A DNA stretch of 64,000 nucleotides from Bugula neritina. Taxonomy: Eukaryota; Animalia; Bryozoa. The translations under genes and the position numbers were made by a program. Shown one piece after another: positions 15,088 to 34,585 of the stretch (the stretch's first letter is position 1; each line of letters starts with the position of its first letter). The notes beneath the pieces were generated by a model. That model made no database searches and had not been told where the DNA came from. It worked only from the letters and a program-made list of their open reading frames with translations. The stretch spans positions 19,580,767 through 19,644,766 of the forward strand of contig OZ037766.1 in the NCBI GenBank assembly GCA_964035545.1, written 5' to 3'.

Positions 15088-18000
15088 ATGGCTACCAGAG
15101 CACCTTCATCATTTGACTTCACTAACCCAAGTGGATGGGGTGAGTGGATACGAAGATATAGCAGATATCACAATGTAACAAAAATGTCAAAAGAAGCTGA
15201 CGACTTACAAATAGACAGTCTATTATATACGATGGGAGAAGCAGCCGAGGACATTTTTATACAGCTACCACTCACAAATGATGACAGAAAGAAATATGAT
15301 AAGGTAAAGGAAGCATTTGACACATATTTCAAACCTAGGACAAACAAGGCACATCACATTGTGCAGTTCAATGGAAGAACTCAGGAACCTAATGAAAACA
15401 ATGAGGAGTATATCAGGGCACTATACTCTTTAGCACAACATTGCGAATTTGGCAATGCCGTAAATGATAACATTAAATATAGATTGCTGACAGGGATAAA
15501 AGACAAGGCTCTGTCAATTGAGCTACAGCAACTGACAGAAGATCAGTTAACGCTAGAAAACGTAACACAACGCATGAGAGCCAAGGAGATAATACAGAGA
15601 AACCTTGCGAGTGCTGCACCAGAGCAACCAGCAGATGTAGATGCGATAAGGAAAAGATATTACTCAAACAATTTTCAGCCAAAAAAACATACAATGGATA
15701 TTATTAACAACTGCCATAGCTGCGGATCTAGTCACAGAAGGAGACACTGCCCAGCGTATGGAAAATCCTGTAACAAATGTGGTAAATTTAATAACTTTGC
15801 TAAGGTATGTAGATCTAAGGCTATAACGAAATCTACAACTAATGCTGTACAAGTACCAGATGCTACTACAGATGTCAATGAGGAACCATGCATGTTTAAT
15901 GTAGGATTATGTAGCAATGTTAAGCTTAATGCATGCAATTCGTCAGTTTGGTTTGAAAATTTTGTTTTTGGTAAAACTAAGGTTGCCATGAAAGTTGATA
16001 CAGGTGCACAAGTTAATGTTTTGACAAGAGATATTTTTGAAAATCTTGATGTAAGTAGGGAACTTAGAAAAGCTGGTACAAAGCTCACAGGCTACACTGG
16101 TCATGTTATTCCAGTAGATGGAGTCGTAGAACTGCCATTCAGTTTTAGGGGTAAAACCTACAAATCTGAGTTCTATGTAACCACTGCTAAAAACACACCT
16201 CTTTTGGGCTTGCCCACCATCAATGAGCTTGGTCTAATAGGAATAGATCAGGTAGAGCAAGTAGATACTGATAGCAGTAAGTTGATAGTTGAAGAATTCA
16301 AGGATGTTTTTGAGGGGTTTGGAAAATTAGACATAGAACACCACATTACACTAAGACCTGAAGCTAAGCCAGTAGTATGTAATGTTAGACCTGTTCCCAT
16401 AAATGTAAAACCAAAGCTAAAAGCAGAGCTTGATAGGCTTGAGAAATTAGAAATTATTCAAAAATGCAATGAGCCTTCAGATTGGGTTTCACCCATTGTA
16501 GTAGCGGAAAAGCCTAACAACCAAATAAGGCTTTGCTTAGATCCTAGGCTGTTGAACAAAGAGATCATGAGAGAGCACTATAAGTTGCCTACAACTACAG
16601 AGATATACAGCAGGATAGGCCAGTCAAAATTCTTTAGTACTCTAGATGCTACAAATGGTTTTCACCAGATACCACTTGATGTAGAAAGTTGTAAATTGAC
16701 AACATTTATTACACCCTATGGGCGTTACAACTACAAACGACTGCCGTTCGGGTTAAATTCAAGTGCTGAGGTTTTTCATAAAACAATGTGTCAAAAACTA
16801 GGTGATATAGAGGGAATTGAAATCTATATTGATGATTTGCTAATCCATGCACCTACTAAAGAGATTCATGACCGAAGGCTTAGGGAAGTTTTGTTGAGAT
16901 GCCGTGAGATAAATCTAAAATTAAACCCTGAGAAGTGTGCTATAGGTAGACAAGTAGTTAACTTTCTAGGCCATGAAATTTCAGGTGATGGAATTTTGCC
17001 AAAAAGAAATAGGGCTAAAGCAATTCAGGAAATGCTGACTCCCACATGCAAAAATGATGTTCAACGATTTCTTGGGTTTGTTAATTATATGGGAAAATTC
17101 TGCCCTGATTTGGCAAATGAAACACAACCATTGCGACAGCTGTTGAAAAAGAATACAACTTTTATTTGGGAAAAGGCACACAATAATGCATTTGTTAAAA
17201 TTAAGCAACTTGTCTCAAATGCACCACTTTTGAAGCATTTTAATTCTGATGAAGAAATAACACTGCAAGTGGATGCTAGTTCATTTAGCTTGGGGGCAGT
17301 TTTAATGCAAAAAGGCCAACCAGTGGAATTTGCAGCCAAGTCATTAACTGACACTCAGAAGCGCTATGTACAAATAGAAAAGGAATTGTTAGCAGTGTTG
17401 TTTGGCTGTAGGAAGTTTCATTATTATGTCTATGGAGGTAGCAAATTTTTTGTGCAAACTGACCACAAGCCTTTACTAGGCATAGTGGAGAAAAACATAG
17501 AGGACACAAATCCTAGAATTAGGAGAATGCTGCTTGAGTTAATGTCCTACGATTTCAAATTAGTGTACAAGAAAGGTAATGAAATGTACATAGCTGATAT
17601 GCTGAGTAGAGCATCATACCCTGACATAGATACATCTGTAAATGTTGCTGAATTTGATCCTATGAACAAGTTGCCTGAAATGATATTTTGTTCTGACCAA
17701 GCTAAAGCAGAATACAAACAAGCAGTTTTGAGCGACAGAGAGCTACAGGCACTCAAACTATTGGTAATTAATGGATGGCCGCCATATAGGAAATCGTGCA
17801 GCTTTGTTGGAAGAAAATATTGGCCATGGCGTAATGAAATTGGAATTTGTGATGAATTTCTATTTGTTGGTTCAAAGCTGATAGTACCAATGTCAAAACA
17901 AACAGAAATTTTGCAAAAATTACATAAGTCACATCAAGGCATTGTGAAAACAAAGGCATTGGCAAAAACAGTGGTGTTTTGGCCTGGAATAAACAATCAA

Positions 18001-19023
18001 ATTGAGGAAATGATTCAGTCATGCGTGCAATGTAGGGAAAACATTGAGCAGCAATGTAGGCAGCCAATGATGGCTAGTGAGATACCTAAATATCCTTTTC
18101 ATACAGTAGCAGCTGACTTGTTTTCTTTGGACGGAAATGATTTCATGTTAATTGTTGATTACTTTAGCAAGTGGTTAATTATTGAGCCATTAAAGACGAC
18201 AACAAGCTCATCAGTGATTCAGTGTTTTGAGAAAACATTTGCTGATTTTGGGGTTGCATGTGTACTTAGAAGTGATAATGGGCCCCAGTTTACTAGTCAA
18301 CAATTCAAAATATTTTTGAATGAACAAGGCATTGAGCATTTGACATCTTCACCAGGGTATCCACAAAGTAATGGGTGTGCAGAAAGGTACGTTAGGACTG
18401 CAAAAGCTTTACTAAAAAAATGCAAAGCTGAAGGCAAAACATTTTATGGTGGTTTGAGAAATTTGAGAAACACTCCAATAAGTGATAAAATACCATCGCC
18501 AGCTGTACTACTACAAGGTAGAGTGCTGCCAGACACTCTTCCTAGAGATTTGAAAACGCTTTTTCCAAATAGCTATGACAAACAGATAATTCAAAATAAA
18601 TTTGAGATTGTCAAATCTACGCAGAAATTAAATTATGACAGACATGCTAAATTTGAACTTTCAGTTTTAAAACCTGGTCAGAGAGTTCGTGCAAAAATTA
18701 ATGATAAGTGGATTTTGGAAAAAATTCAGAAACAAGACCTGACTGGTCCAAGGTCATACTGGGTAGTAACCGACGAGAATAAATTGTACCGTAGAACTAG
18801 AGGGGATATAACTTTAACAAATGAGCCTCAACAAATACCTACTCCTGTATTGCCCCCTATGCACAGATCTATCCCTGCCATACCTGGCCCTCCTATAGAT
18901 CAAGCTGATGATTCAAACAGTTCACAATCTGAAAATAGTTCGAATGTAAATCCTCCAGGTGCATATAGAACTCAGAGAGGAAGGTTAGTTAGAAAACCAG
19001 AGAGATTAGGTTATGACATGTAG
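15088..19023 (+). CDS. Gag-Pol polyprotein (1311 aa): gag, Zn knuckles, protease, RT, RNase H, integrase
   Basis: Uninterrupted ORF with CHSCGSSHRRRHC knuckle, protease VDTGA, RT LPFGL and YIDD, RNase H DAS/EKELL/TDHKPL/ADMLSR, integrase HKSH..CVQC plus D(ADLF)-D(SDNG)-E(AER). PR-RT-RH-IN order is the Gypsy arrangement. Confidence 0.96.
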   Translation: MATRAPSSFDFTNPSGWGEWIRRYSRYHNVTKMSKEADDLQIDSLLYTMGEAAEDIFIQLPLTNDDRKKYDKVKEAFDTYFKPRTNKAHHIVQFNGRTQEPNENNEEYIRALYSLAQHCEFGNAVNDNIKYRLLTGIKDKALSIELQQLTEDQLTLENVTQRMRAKEIIQRNLASAAPEQPADVDAIRKRYYSNNFQPKKHTMDIINNCHSCGSSHRRRHCPAYGKSCNKCGKFNNFAKVCRSKAITKSTTNAVQVPDATTDVNEEPCMFNVGLCSNVKLNACNSSVWFENFVFGKTKVAMKVDTGAQVNVLTRDIFENLDVSRELRKAGTKLTGYTGHVIPVDGVVELPFSFRGKTYKSEFYVTTAKNTPLLGLPTINELGLIGIDQVEQVDTDSSKLIVEEFKDVFEGFGKLDIEHHITLRPEAKPVVCNVRPVPINVKPKLKAELDRLEKLEIIQKCNEPSDWVSPIVVAEKPNNQIRLCLDPRLLNKEIMREHYKLPTTTEIYSRIGQSKFFSTLDATNGFHQIPLDVESCKLTTFITPYGRYNYKRLPFGLNSSAEVFHKTMCQKLGDIEGIEIYIDDLLIHAPTKEIHDRRLREVLLRCREINLKLNPEKCAIGRQVVNFLGHEISGDGILPKRNRAKAIQEMLTPTCKNDVQRFLGFVNYMGKFCPDLANETQPLRQLLKKNTTFIWEKAHNNAFVKIKQLVSNAPLLKHFNSDEEITLQVDASSFSLGAVLMQKGQPVEFAAKSLTDTQKRYVQIEKELLAVLFGCRKFHYYVYGGSKFFVQTDHKPLLGIVEKNIEDTNPRIRRMLLELMSYDFKLVYKKGNEMYIADMLSRASYPDIDTSVNVAEFDPMNKLPEMIFCSDQAKAEYKQAVLSDRELQALKLLVINGWPPYRKSCSFVGRKYWPWRNEIGICDEFLFVGSKLIVPMSKQTEILQKLHKSHQGIVKTKALAKTVVFWPGINNQIEEMIQSCVQCRENIEQQCRQPMMASEIPKYPFHTVAADLFSLDGNDFMLIVDYFSKWLIIEPLKTTTSSSVIQCFEKTFADFGVACVLRSDNGPQFTSQQFKIFLNEQGIEHLTSSPGYPQSNGCAERYVRTAKALLKKCKAEGKTFYGGLRNLRNTPISDKIPSPAVLLQGRVLPDTLPRDLKTLFPNSYDKQIIQNKFEIVKSTQKLNYDRHAKFELSVLKPGQRVRAKINDKWILEKIQKQDLTGPRSYWVVTDENKLYRRTRGDITLTNEPQQIPTPVLPPMHRSIPAIPGPPIDQADDSNSSQSENSSNVNPPGAYRTQRGRLVRKPERLGYDM

Positions 19024-19219
19024 AATTAACAATAACATGCCATGGGTAGTAGCTGAGGTTTGCACCAGCACCTAGCAATTAATAGCATGCAGAGTTTGTA
19101 TTCATTTATTATGTCATTATAATCATTAGTGAGAATTAGTTTAGTTGCATGCCAACTTTTCATCATGCTTATACTGTTGTTTTATGCTTTTCTATTATAA
19201 AACATTTAGAAAGGGGAGA

Positions 19220-19480
19220 TGTAGTATAATGTTGTTTACAATTGCTGAGTTATTTATATACTTAACAGTAATATGCTATTAATACATATGATGTCGTAGA
19301 TTTGTGATTCATTCCTATGTTATATATATATACCTTACACTTATGATCAGCACCAGTTCTTTCTATGCTGTCAAGCTGTATACTTTATACCTTACAATAA
19401 TAAACGTCACGATACATTATTCCAATGGTCTCATCTTAATTATTACCCACGCAAACGTACAACAAACAAGAAACATTACA
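19220..19480 (+). repeat. 3' LTR of Gypsy element B
   Basis: Direct repeat of 14793-15053; preceded by the PPT and followed by the TSD. Confidence 0.95.
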
Positions 19481-19561
19481 GTCTCAAAGCTGGGCAATAA
19501 CCTAAAGTTGCAAAGATATCTCATTTACAACAGATATTGACAATAGCTTGACAGTGTGGGG

Positions 19562-19738
19562 CTAGTTGAACCACATTACAGCTGCTAGGTATAATGGGGC
19601 ACTAACACCAATTCTTTGGGCATAGTGGCCCTTTCTGAGCAAGCGATGGATTCTTCCTATTGGGAACTGAATTCCAGCTTTAGATGATCTACTTTTGTGC
19701 TTTCTCTTTGTTTTGCTCTCTTTACCTCTTCCAGACAT
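19562..19738 (-). pseudogene. H2A: 3'-truncated histone H2A gene (orphon)
   Basis: Manual translation: [58 protein letters not shown] (58 aa). The first 55 residues follow the H2A N-terminus; similarity stops where EYL should follow. Confidence 0.9.
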
Positions 19739-19806
19739 GCTTAATAAGCATACTATTTTACAGTAGCTATAGAGAGTGAGTGATGGACTTGAATGGCTTC
19801 AATCTG

Positions 19807-19843
19807 TATTTATACCTATAAGAGTAGTCTCAAACTAACCAAT
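19807..19843 (-). promoter_or_regulatory. TATA box and CCAAT box upstream of the H2A fragment
   Basis: TATAAATA on the minus strand at 19814-19807 and CCAAT at 19839-19843, about 70-105 nt upstream of the ATG, as in replication-type histone promoters. Confidence 0.65.
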
Positions 19844-20282
19844 CAGAAAGGGTTGAGTGATAATAATGTTTCATAATTACAAACTTATAAGGCAAGTATC
19901 ATGAAACAACAACTTCTAATGCTTTAATTGGTGCCTATGCAAGACATAATATGATGAGAGATTTGACATTATAATATGACTTACTGAATGTTGCATGTTA
20001 TACATATAGACAGATCAGGTTTTGTCACTCAATTTCCTGTCTATGCAGTTTAATAATTTAGATTACACACACGCACACACGCACACACGCACACACGCAC
20101 ACGCACGTGCCTGCTTATTATAGCCAGTATTTTCACAGTAATAGTATGACTATGAGTATGAGTAATAGTATGACTATGGTCTATGAGTATCAGTATGACT
20201 AGGAGTATTGTAGTGGCTGTGGCAAGTACACCCCCAACCTCTCCTATATAAGTACTTGCAGCAGAACTGTGACATTGTATTA

Positions 20283-23200
20283 TGTTATGAAGAATTATAA
20301 AGTTCCTAGAGACCACAACTCCATTAACGATGCCGGGATTCCATGCGGCACCGCATCACTCCTTACGGTGACACTGCCGGAACCTCCTACCGGCCAATCA
20401 GGACCAACTTGTCAGATATAAACAGCACCTTCTCGCGCCCAGCCTGAGCCAAAGAATAACTATCACATAGACTAGGAAAATATTGTGTAGCTGTTCTATA
20501 ATTGTATATTCTTTTGTAACTATTGATGACTTTGTTTTTTATCTAATTAGTTTTAAAAATATATTTTCTATAAACACCAACTACTTCGGTTTCTCTCACA
20601 ACCTCACAGTAAACCATGCAGCAGTAACTTGTGTGTACAATAATAACCCACACTCTGGTAGTGCATAAAACTGCAACAGTGATAGCAGCAGTGGGATAAC
20701 TGTATGTCGATGCGACTGCTATCTGGATAAGAAGAAGGGATCACAATGGTGGAACCTGACACCAAAAACGTGGAGGGGTGAGGAGGCCTCGAGGAGGCCG
20801 GAGGACATGCGGAACTTTTGCAATAGAGTGAAGGTGAGCTCGCAGAATGTAATGTTCTTAGAAATCCAGTACCGTTTTCACCGGTAATGAGGACGCAGAA
20901 CAATTCATTCAAGAGTTCAGTTCAGTGGCGTAGCCGTCACCCAGTGGCCACCTGGAGTTGCCCTGTTACAATTGCTGCTGGCGTTAGCAGATAAGGCTAA
21001 ACCCTATGGATTAGGACCCAATGTTGACAGCATCTTCGCCACTCTACAAACTCGATTTGACTAATGAGCTGTTGACACCAGAAGTCGCTTGCAAGAGTTG
21101 AGGTGCGAATCGCGCACTCCTCTGCAAGAACACACTGCCACGGTTAAAAGGTTGGCACAAATCGTGAACAGCAAATTGTCGCCAGCCAACCGTCAGCGTT
21201 ACACCTTCAATGTATTTGTACAGTCGTTGAACAACCAATTTCTGACAACTGGAGTCAAAACAGTCAAAGATGCACTGCGAAACGGTGAGGCTTACTTGTT
21301 GGCTGTACAGCTACACAAGAGCCATGTGAGTTCTCGTCAGGTCGAAACAGAGCTAACCTGAACAAACAGCTCACGTAGCTGCCACTACCGCCAGTTCCCC
21401 TATAACCTTTGAAATTGCTCGCATGACCGATGTAGTTGAGAAACAGGTGGCGGCACAGATGATAGGCCCTGCTCACAAACTTCAGGGGGCAGGGGTGAGA
21501 CTGCCTCCGAGACAGACTACCATTTGCTGGAGATGTGGTAATCACGGACACCTCCGCAGGAAGTGCCCACTGGCGCGTAGGGAGTTAAATCACCACGGCC
21601 CGCGGGCTTATCTGCTAACTGCGGGCCGGAGATATAATTCCATTCTTGTTGGAATGGCCCGTCATCTGTTTACGGACACCGTGGGCACTCCTCACAGAGT
21701 GGCAAGTGTCATACAACTGGCCTGCTACCTGCTACCTCCATTTGGGCACTCCAGAACCGTTTTGATGGATTGCGAAAGATAGAGTCTGACGGTGAGGGTA
21801 GGCAGGGCCTAGAGTCTGCAATGACGCCACTGCAAACCCAGAGACCTCCTCGTACCCATCGAGCGCAGGCTCAGCTCAAGCTCAAAGCTAAAGAGTTGTC
21901 ACCTAGAAAAACTGAGTGCACTAAGAGAGTTAGAGTACAGCCCTGCAGTTTCAGCTTTTTCTTGCCTGAGGAAGTAGCCAGCAAAGCTGTCTCTCTTTTG
22001 CTAGATTTAGGGTGTACTACGAACCTCTTAAGCCGCGGCTCTTTGACACACTCAGCGCTAGAGAGAAGGCTGGCCTGGGGTCGTATCAAGGAGAACATGG
22101 CACGTCGGCAAACGAGTCATATATTCCTTTCTATGGCATTGTTGAGTTGACTGGTAGAGTCCGTGATCAGGCAATCTAAGAGATGTTTATCGTCAATTAG
22201 CTTAAGGAGGACGCTATCCTTGAGATGTCATTTTTGATGCGACACAAGTGCCAAATTGGCTTTAGCAAGTCGGCAGTGGTTATGGCTGAGCGAAAGCTCG
22301 CTTGTGTCAATAGGTTCTGTTGTCCGCTTGTGGGGAGGGGGGCAGGTAGTGTGGAGTTGCATGAAAACTAGGCACTCTCACGCCACGACTCACTGCAGGG
22401 TGAATTGTTGATGGATCTTCGGACTAGGAACTAGGAGTGGTGAAGAGGGCTCACGAAAGGATCCAACTTGCAAATAGCCTGAACCGGCTAGACATGCGAG
22501 GGGAGATCTTGGTGCAGTGTGTAAACCTCTTCATGGAGCCTGTAGTGCTGCCAGCTGGGTCCATAGTGGGCAAGTTTTCCTTTATTCAAAAAAGAGACGT
22601 GGGGCCATCGTTGGGGGAGACGGCGGGGCCCCCTTGACAACCACCTACGAGTGATCCGGGACCGGTCCCAGACCACTTTATAGACTTGTACGATGGAGCC
22701 TGTCAAGACTGCATGAGGGAACAGGAATGCCTGGTAATGGCGCAGTTACTCCGTGAAAACAACGTGTTTAGCAGTGGAGACCATGATGTGGTTCTGATGA
22801 AGGCTGTCTGTCATAAGATTTTCCTGGCTGCAGAGACAGTCTCGATCCGGCAATCTACACGCAGGTTGAGACCAGAGAAGGAGGTGAGCCAACAAATCCG
22901 CAATCTTCTGGACCGCGACTTAATAAAGCCAGCACATAGTGCATGGAGCTCGCCAGTCGTTATGGTTTGGAAGAAAGACAAGAGTTGGCAGTTCTGTGTG
23001 GATTACCACAAGCTAAACAGCGTGACCATACAGGACGCATATCCCCTTCTCCGCATTGATGAATCACTGGGCGCCCTGGCTTGTAGCGAGTACTTCAGTA
23101 CTTTAGACTTGCTTAGCAAATACTGGCAGTACTGAGTCCTGACACCCAGAACAAGGTTGCATTTATAACACGGAAATGCTCTGGAAATGGAAGGTGCTGC

Positions 23201-23752
23201 TGTTTGGACTGACCTCATCTCCGGCCATTTTCCAAAGACTCATGGAGCAGGTTCTCAGTGGGCTCTACTGGAAGACCCTGTTCAACTACCTTGATGACGT
23301 CATCGTGATCTTCCGAGACTTCTTGACTAATGTCAGTCGTCTGTAGGAGGTTTTCGACAAACTCCGAGGTGCCGGTCTGAAGCTAGAACTCTCTAAGTGT
23401 GATCTGTTATAGTCGGAGGTTAAGTACCTGAGTCATGTCGTGGGCCTCAACAGAGTGGGGACTGACCGGAACCTTCCACTGGCCAATCAATCTCAACCCT
23501 CCGGATATAAACAGGGCCTTCCGGCACCCAGCCTCAGTTGGAGAATAACTGTTACATAGACTAAGATAATACTGTGTAGTTGTTTTATATGTACTTATTC
23601 CCTTGCAATTATTTGATGAATTGTTGGCTTAAAATATACTTATATTCCATAAACGTCAACTATTTCGGTTTTTCTCACAACCTCAGTAAGCCATGCAGCA
23701 GTGATTGTGTGAACAATAATACCCCACTCTAGTAGTGCATAAAACTACAACA
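20283..23752 (+). mobile_element. Decayed, internally deleted Gypsy element C (related to A)
   Basis: 5' LTR ~20283-20678; degenerate tRNA-Leu PBS TGATAGCAGCAGTGGGAT ~20680-20697; gag knuckle CWRCGNHGHLRRKC; protease LLLDLGCTTNLL; RT SAWSSPVVMV..FCVDYHKLN..DAYPL and YLDD (~23287). RT is joined directly to a partial 3' LTR (~23461-23752). Many stops; LTR start approximate. Confidence 0.88.
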
Positions 23753-24983
23753 ATATATACATGAAAATCTATATGATATTGTATACATTGAACTATAAGG
23801 TTATAGTTGATAGTTTCAGTTCAGTGATTGTATATATAATTTTTGTCAGTGTCAAACCCCTGTTTGGTCATGGTTTCGCTGAACACCTATTGGTTAAAGT
23901 CACATATGGGATCAATCTTTGTGTGAACTTCTGAACATAACTGGGTAGACTGAACAGTTTAGAGTTTTTACAATAAAAAGTGAGAAAAGCATTTATAATC
24001 ATCTGAACTTTCTTTTGTTTTTATAAAAAGAATTGGCTTTAACAATTCCAAGATAGTTAACCAATTTACAAAACTGTCGAGAGAAGACAACTCCTGATTC
24101 ATTTTGAGCGCTTGGAAAACTGTTGTGGCTAACTGAGCGCGCAGAACAATCTAAAGTTTTTACAGAATAATTAGGGCCCTTAGCCCTTTACACCTTTCAA
24201 TTTCTAAAAAAAGTTGTGCTGCCTACCCCCCCCCCCCAGAGTGTAATGAGTGAAAAATAATTGGATGTTACTTCTAAACTACATGCTATTGTAAACTATT
24301 CACCCACCAGGCCCCTTTAATACAAATAAGTTTAAGCATGGTTGTGGAGCTTTGAGCACTGCTTGCGCTGTCTCTGGGAGAAAATATTGCTTAATAGGCC
24401 TGTAATCAGCTGCCTTGTGTTGTCTTTGAAAGGCTACACAGCACTTATTGCTATATACATCATGATTTAATAAAAAGGTATTGCAGATATTTTTTCAACT
24501 TCATTCATTAGTAGATTTCATACATTGTGCATATTTTTAAGTCAATTTAGCAATCTCTATACTTGAAAACTTAAGTATAAACATTCAAAATTAGATAGTT
24601 GCTTTACTTATCATATGATGTAATTTTCTCATTTCAACATGGGATATAAGAAACTGGTAATGCTAAATTGCCAATTGGCTAGAATAGTTTAATGGCTTGA
24701 CTGGAACTTGAAGTCATATATTCTGTAATTAAACAATTGTTCGACTTGACATCAGCTCTAAAATTTTCTAAACAAAATGTTTTTACACTCAAAAATAATT
24801 TCCTATAATGTTGAAGACAGAAATGTGCCAAAGCAATGCCATGGCTCATTTAAAGGACACCTTCATATATATAGCCTAGAGTCACTTGCGCTTTCTGGCT
24901 TGAGTTTATGCACCTTTTAATTATGCTTTAGTAAAAACATAAGTTTTGGCTATTGCAAAGGTGTGCACCACCATGGTACTCTG

Positions 24984-25031
24984 TTTGGTGCTGATGAGGG
25001 GACAAATCCCAAAACAACTGCCGTACACAAA
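24984..25031 (+). ncRNA. Degenerate type-I hammerhead-ribozyme-like motif (probable Penelope-like element remnant)
   Basis: GTG-CTGATGA-G-GGGA[CAAA]TCCC-AAAAC-aactgcc-GTA-CAC: core, 4-bp stem II, short stem III and GTG/CAC stem I. The conserved GAAA reads AAAA. Confidence 0.45.
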
Positions 25032-25050
25032 TTGATGTATATAAACACAC

Positions 25051-25233
<183 letters not shown>

Positions 25234-26766
25234 GTGCTAAATGAATTCAGTATGTCCAAAGCTATTTTATGGCAGAAACAGTGCTAGGCACCTAAACATC
25301 TCAACCTTTTATTAAGTGAATGAAACTTATTGTGCAGTATGAGTTGTAAGTCTTTCTGAGATTGTTCCTAATTTCTAAACACTACGTATATAAGAAATCA
25401 ATTATTAAATTTTCAATCTCCAGTTTCTCACATGCTGGGAGTGGGTAAGTGCTCGTAATTAGTAGCCTAGTTCCTTTTTGCAGTTAGTTCTTACATAAAT
25501 AAATTAATATTCATTGTTCCACAGAAACTTTGTTTCCTTTTAATCATCTTTTAAATCTTTATCATGATTTATAAAGTTAACAATTACCAAAAGTTGGCTG
25601 TAAAATGTTGCATCCCAGTTTTATAACCATAGGTTCTATTGTGCAATGTTTCTGCAGGTAGCAATCATGTTATAAAGTCAGCAGTTGATGTGATTATGCA
25701 TCATGGTGGCATTATTTTTACTTGTTTTGCTATAGACAAATAGGGAATTTCTCTATTCATAGTTTTTTTTTAAAACCAGTAAAATAAAAAGTAAATCTTA
25801 GCTCAATGCCATCTAGTTGTTTGTTATAGAATGGGAGCGACGTGTCACTTTCATTGTTATAGTTTTTTAATCACAATCACAGTCATTCAAATTTTACAAG
25901 TTAATGTAACGTCAATGTTATGAATTAAAAACAATTTATTTCAAAGAGTATTTTAATCTATCAAGTATATATCATACTTGATTTAACCATGCAAAGTATT
26001 ATATATTAGTTATATTATAGACTTGACATAAAACTTATAATCAACTGCAATATATTATTTTATAAAAAAGTAGTATAACATCTTAATATTATTCACTAGA
26101 GTATTCATAAACGGCATTTTAGTTTCTGCTACTAGCAATTATTTATGAAATCCAAATTGGTTAAAAATATTGCTAAATAATTTACATACAAAAAATATGA
26201 TATTATTGAAAATGTGTAAATTTCAGTGTTTAATTCAACTAAAAGTGTTTAATTATTTTATTGTTTATACAAGCGTTTACATGAGTATTCAATACTTTTT
26301 AATATTTCATAAAAATCAAGACAATGTATACATATCAAAAGGAACAGATATTTCGTAGTTAGCACATCGCTAGTCTAGTTGTTATTGTTTATTGAAACAA
26401 TCAGTAGACCTATATGTAATATCCATGCATAACACTTCATTGTGTATTTTTATTTATAGGCCATTCTTTCCATGAGGAGGTACTTGAATTAGTAGTTACT
26501 GCATGCAAACATGTAGCCAATTTTTGAAAGTTGCTAATGACCTATAATTAATATCAGGTATTGTAATGGGTAGACCAATTCAGACTATAAACTTAAGGCT
26601 TGCAGTTCAAATAATCCTGATATCATTGACAAAAATATTTCTACTATGTAACTGCTAGCAGCTTTGCTTTGAAGTACAGCTATTTCATTAAGTATTGGAA
26701 GATTCAGTCTTTCTTCCACTCTGTATAATATCTTCTTTGATGAAACAACATGGATGAGATATCCTG

Positions 26767-34585
<7,819 letters not shown>

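Larger units (their letters stand above)
14793..19480 (+). mobile_element. Full-length intact Ty3/Gypsy (Mag-like) LTR retrotransposon B
   Basis: LTRs 14793-15053 and 19220-19480 (261 bp, TG...CA, 3 differences by eye); TSD GTCTC at 14788-14792 and 19481-19485; PBS TGGTGTCAGAAGTG 15054-15067; polypurine tract AGAAAGGGGAGA directly before the 3' LTR; a single gag-pol ORF. Confidence 0.97.

Noticed and set aside
15473-18067. Several minus-strand ORFs within gag-pol
   Set aside because: Shadow frames antisense to a long coding ORF.
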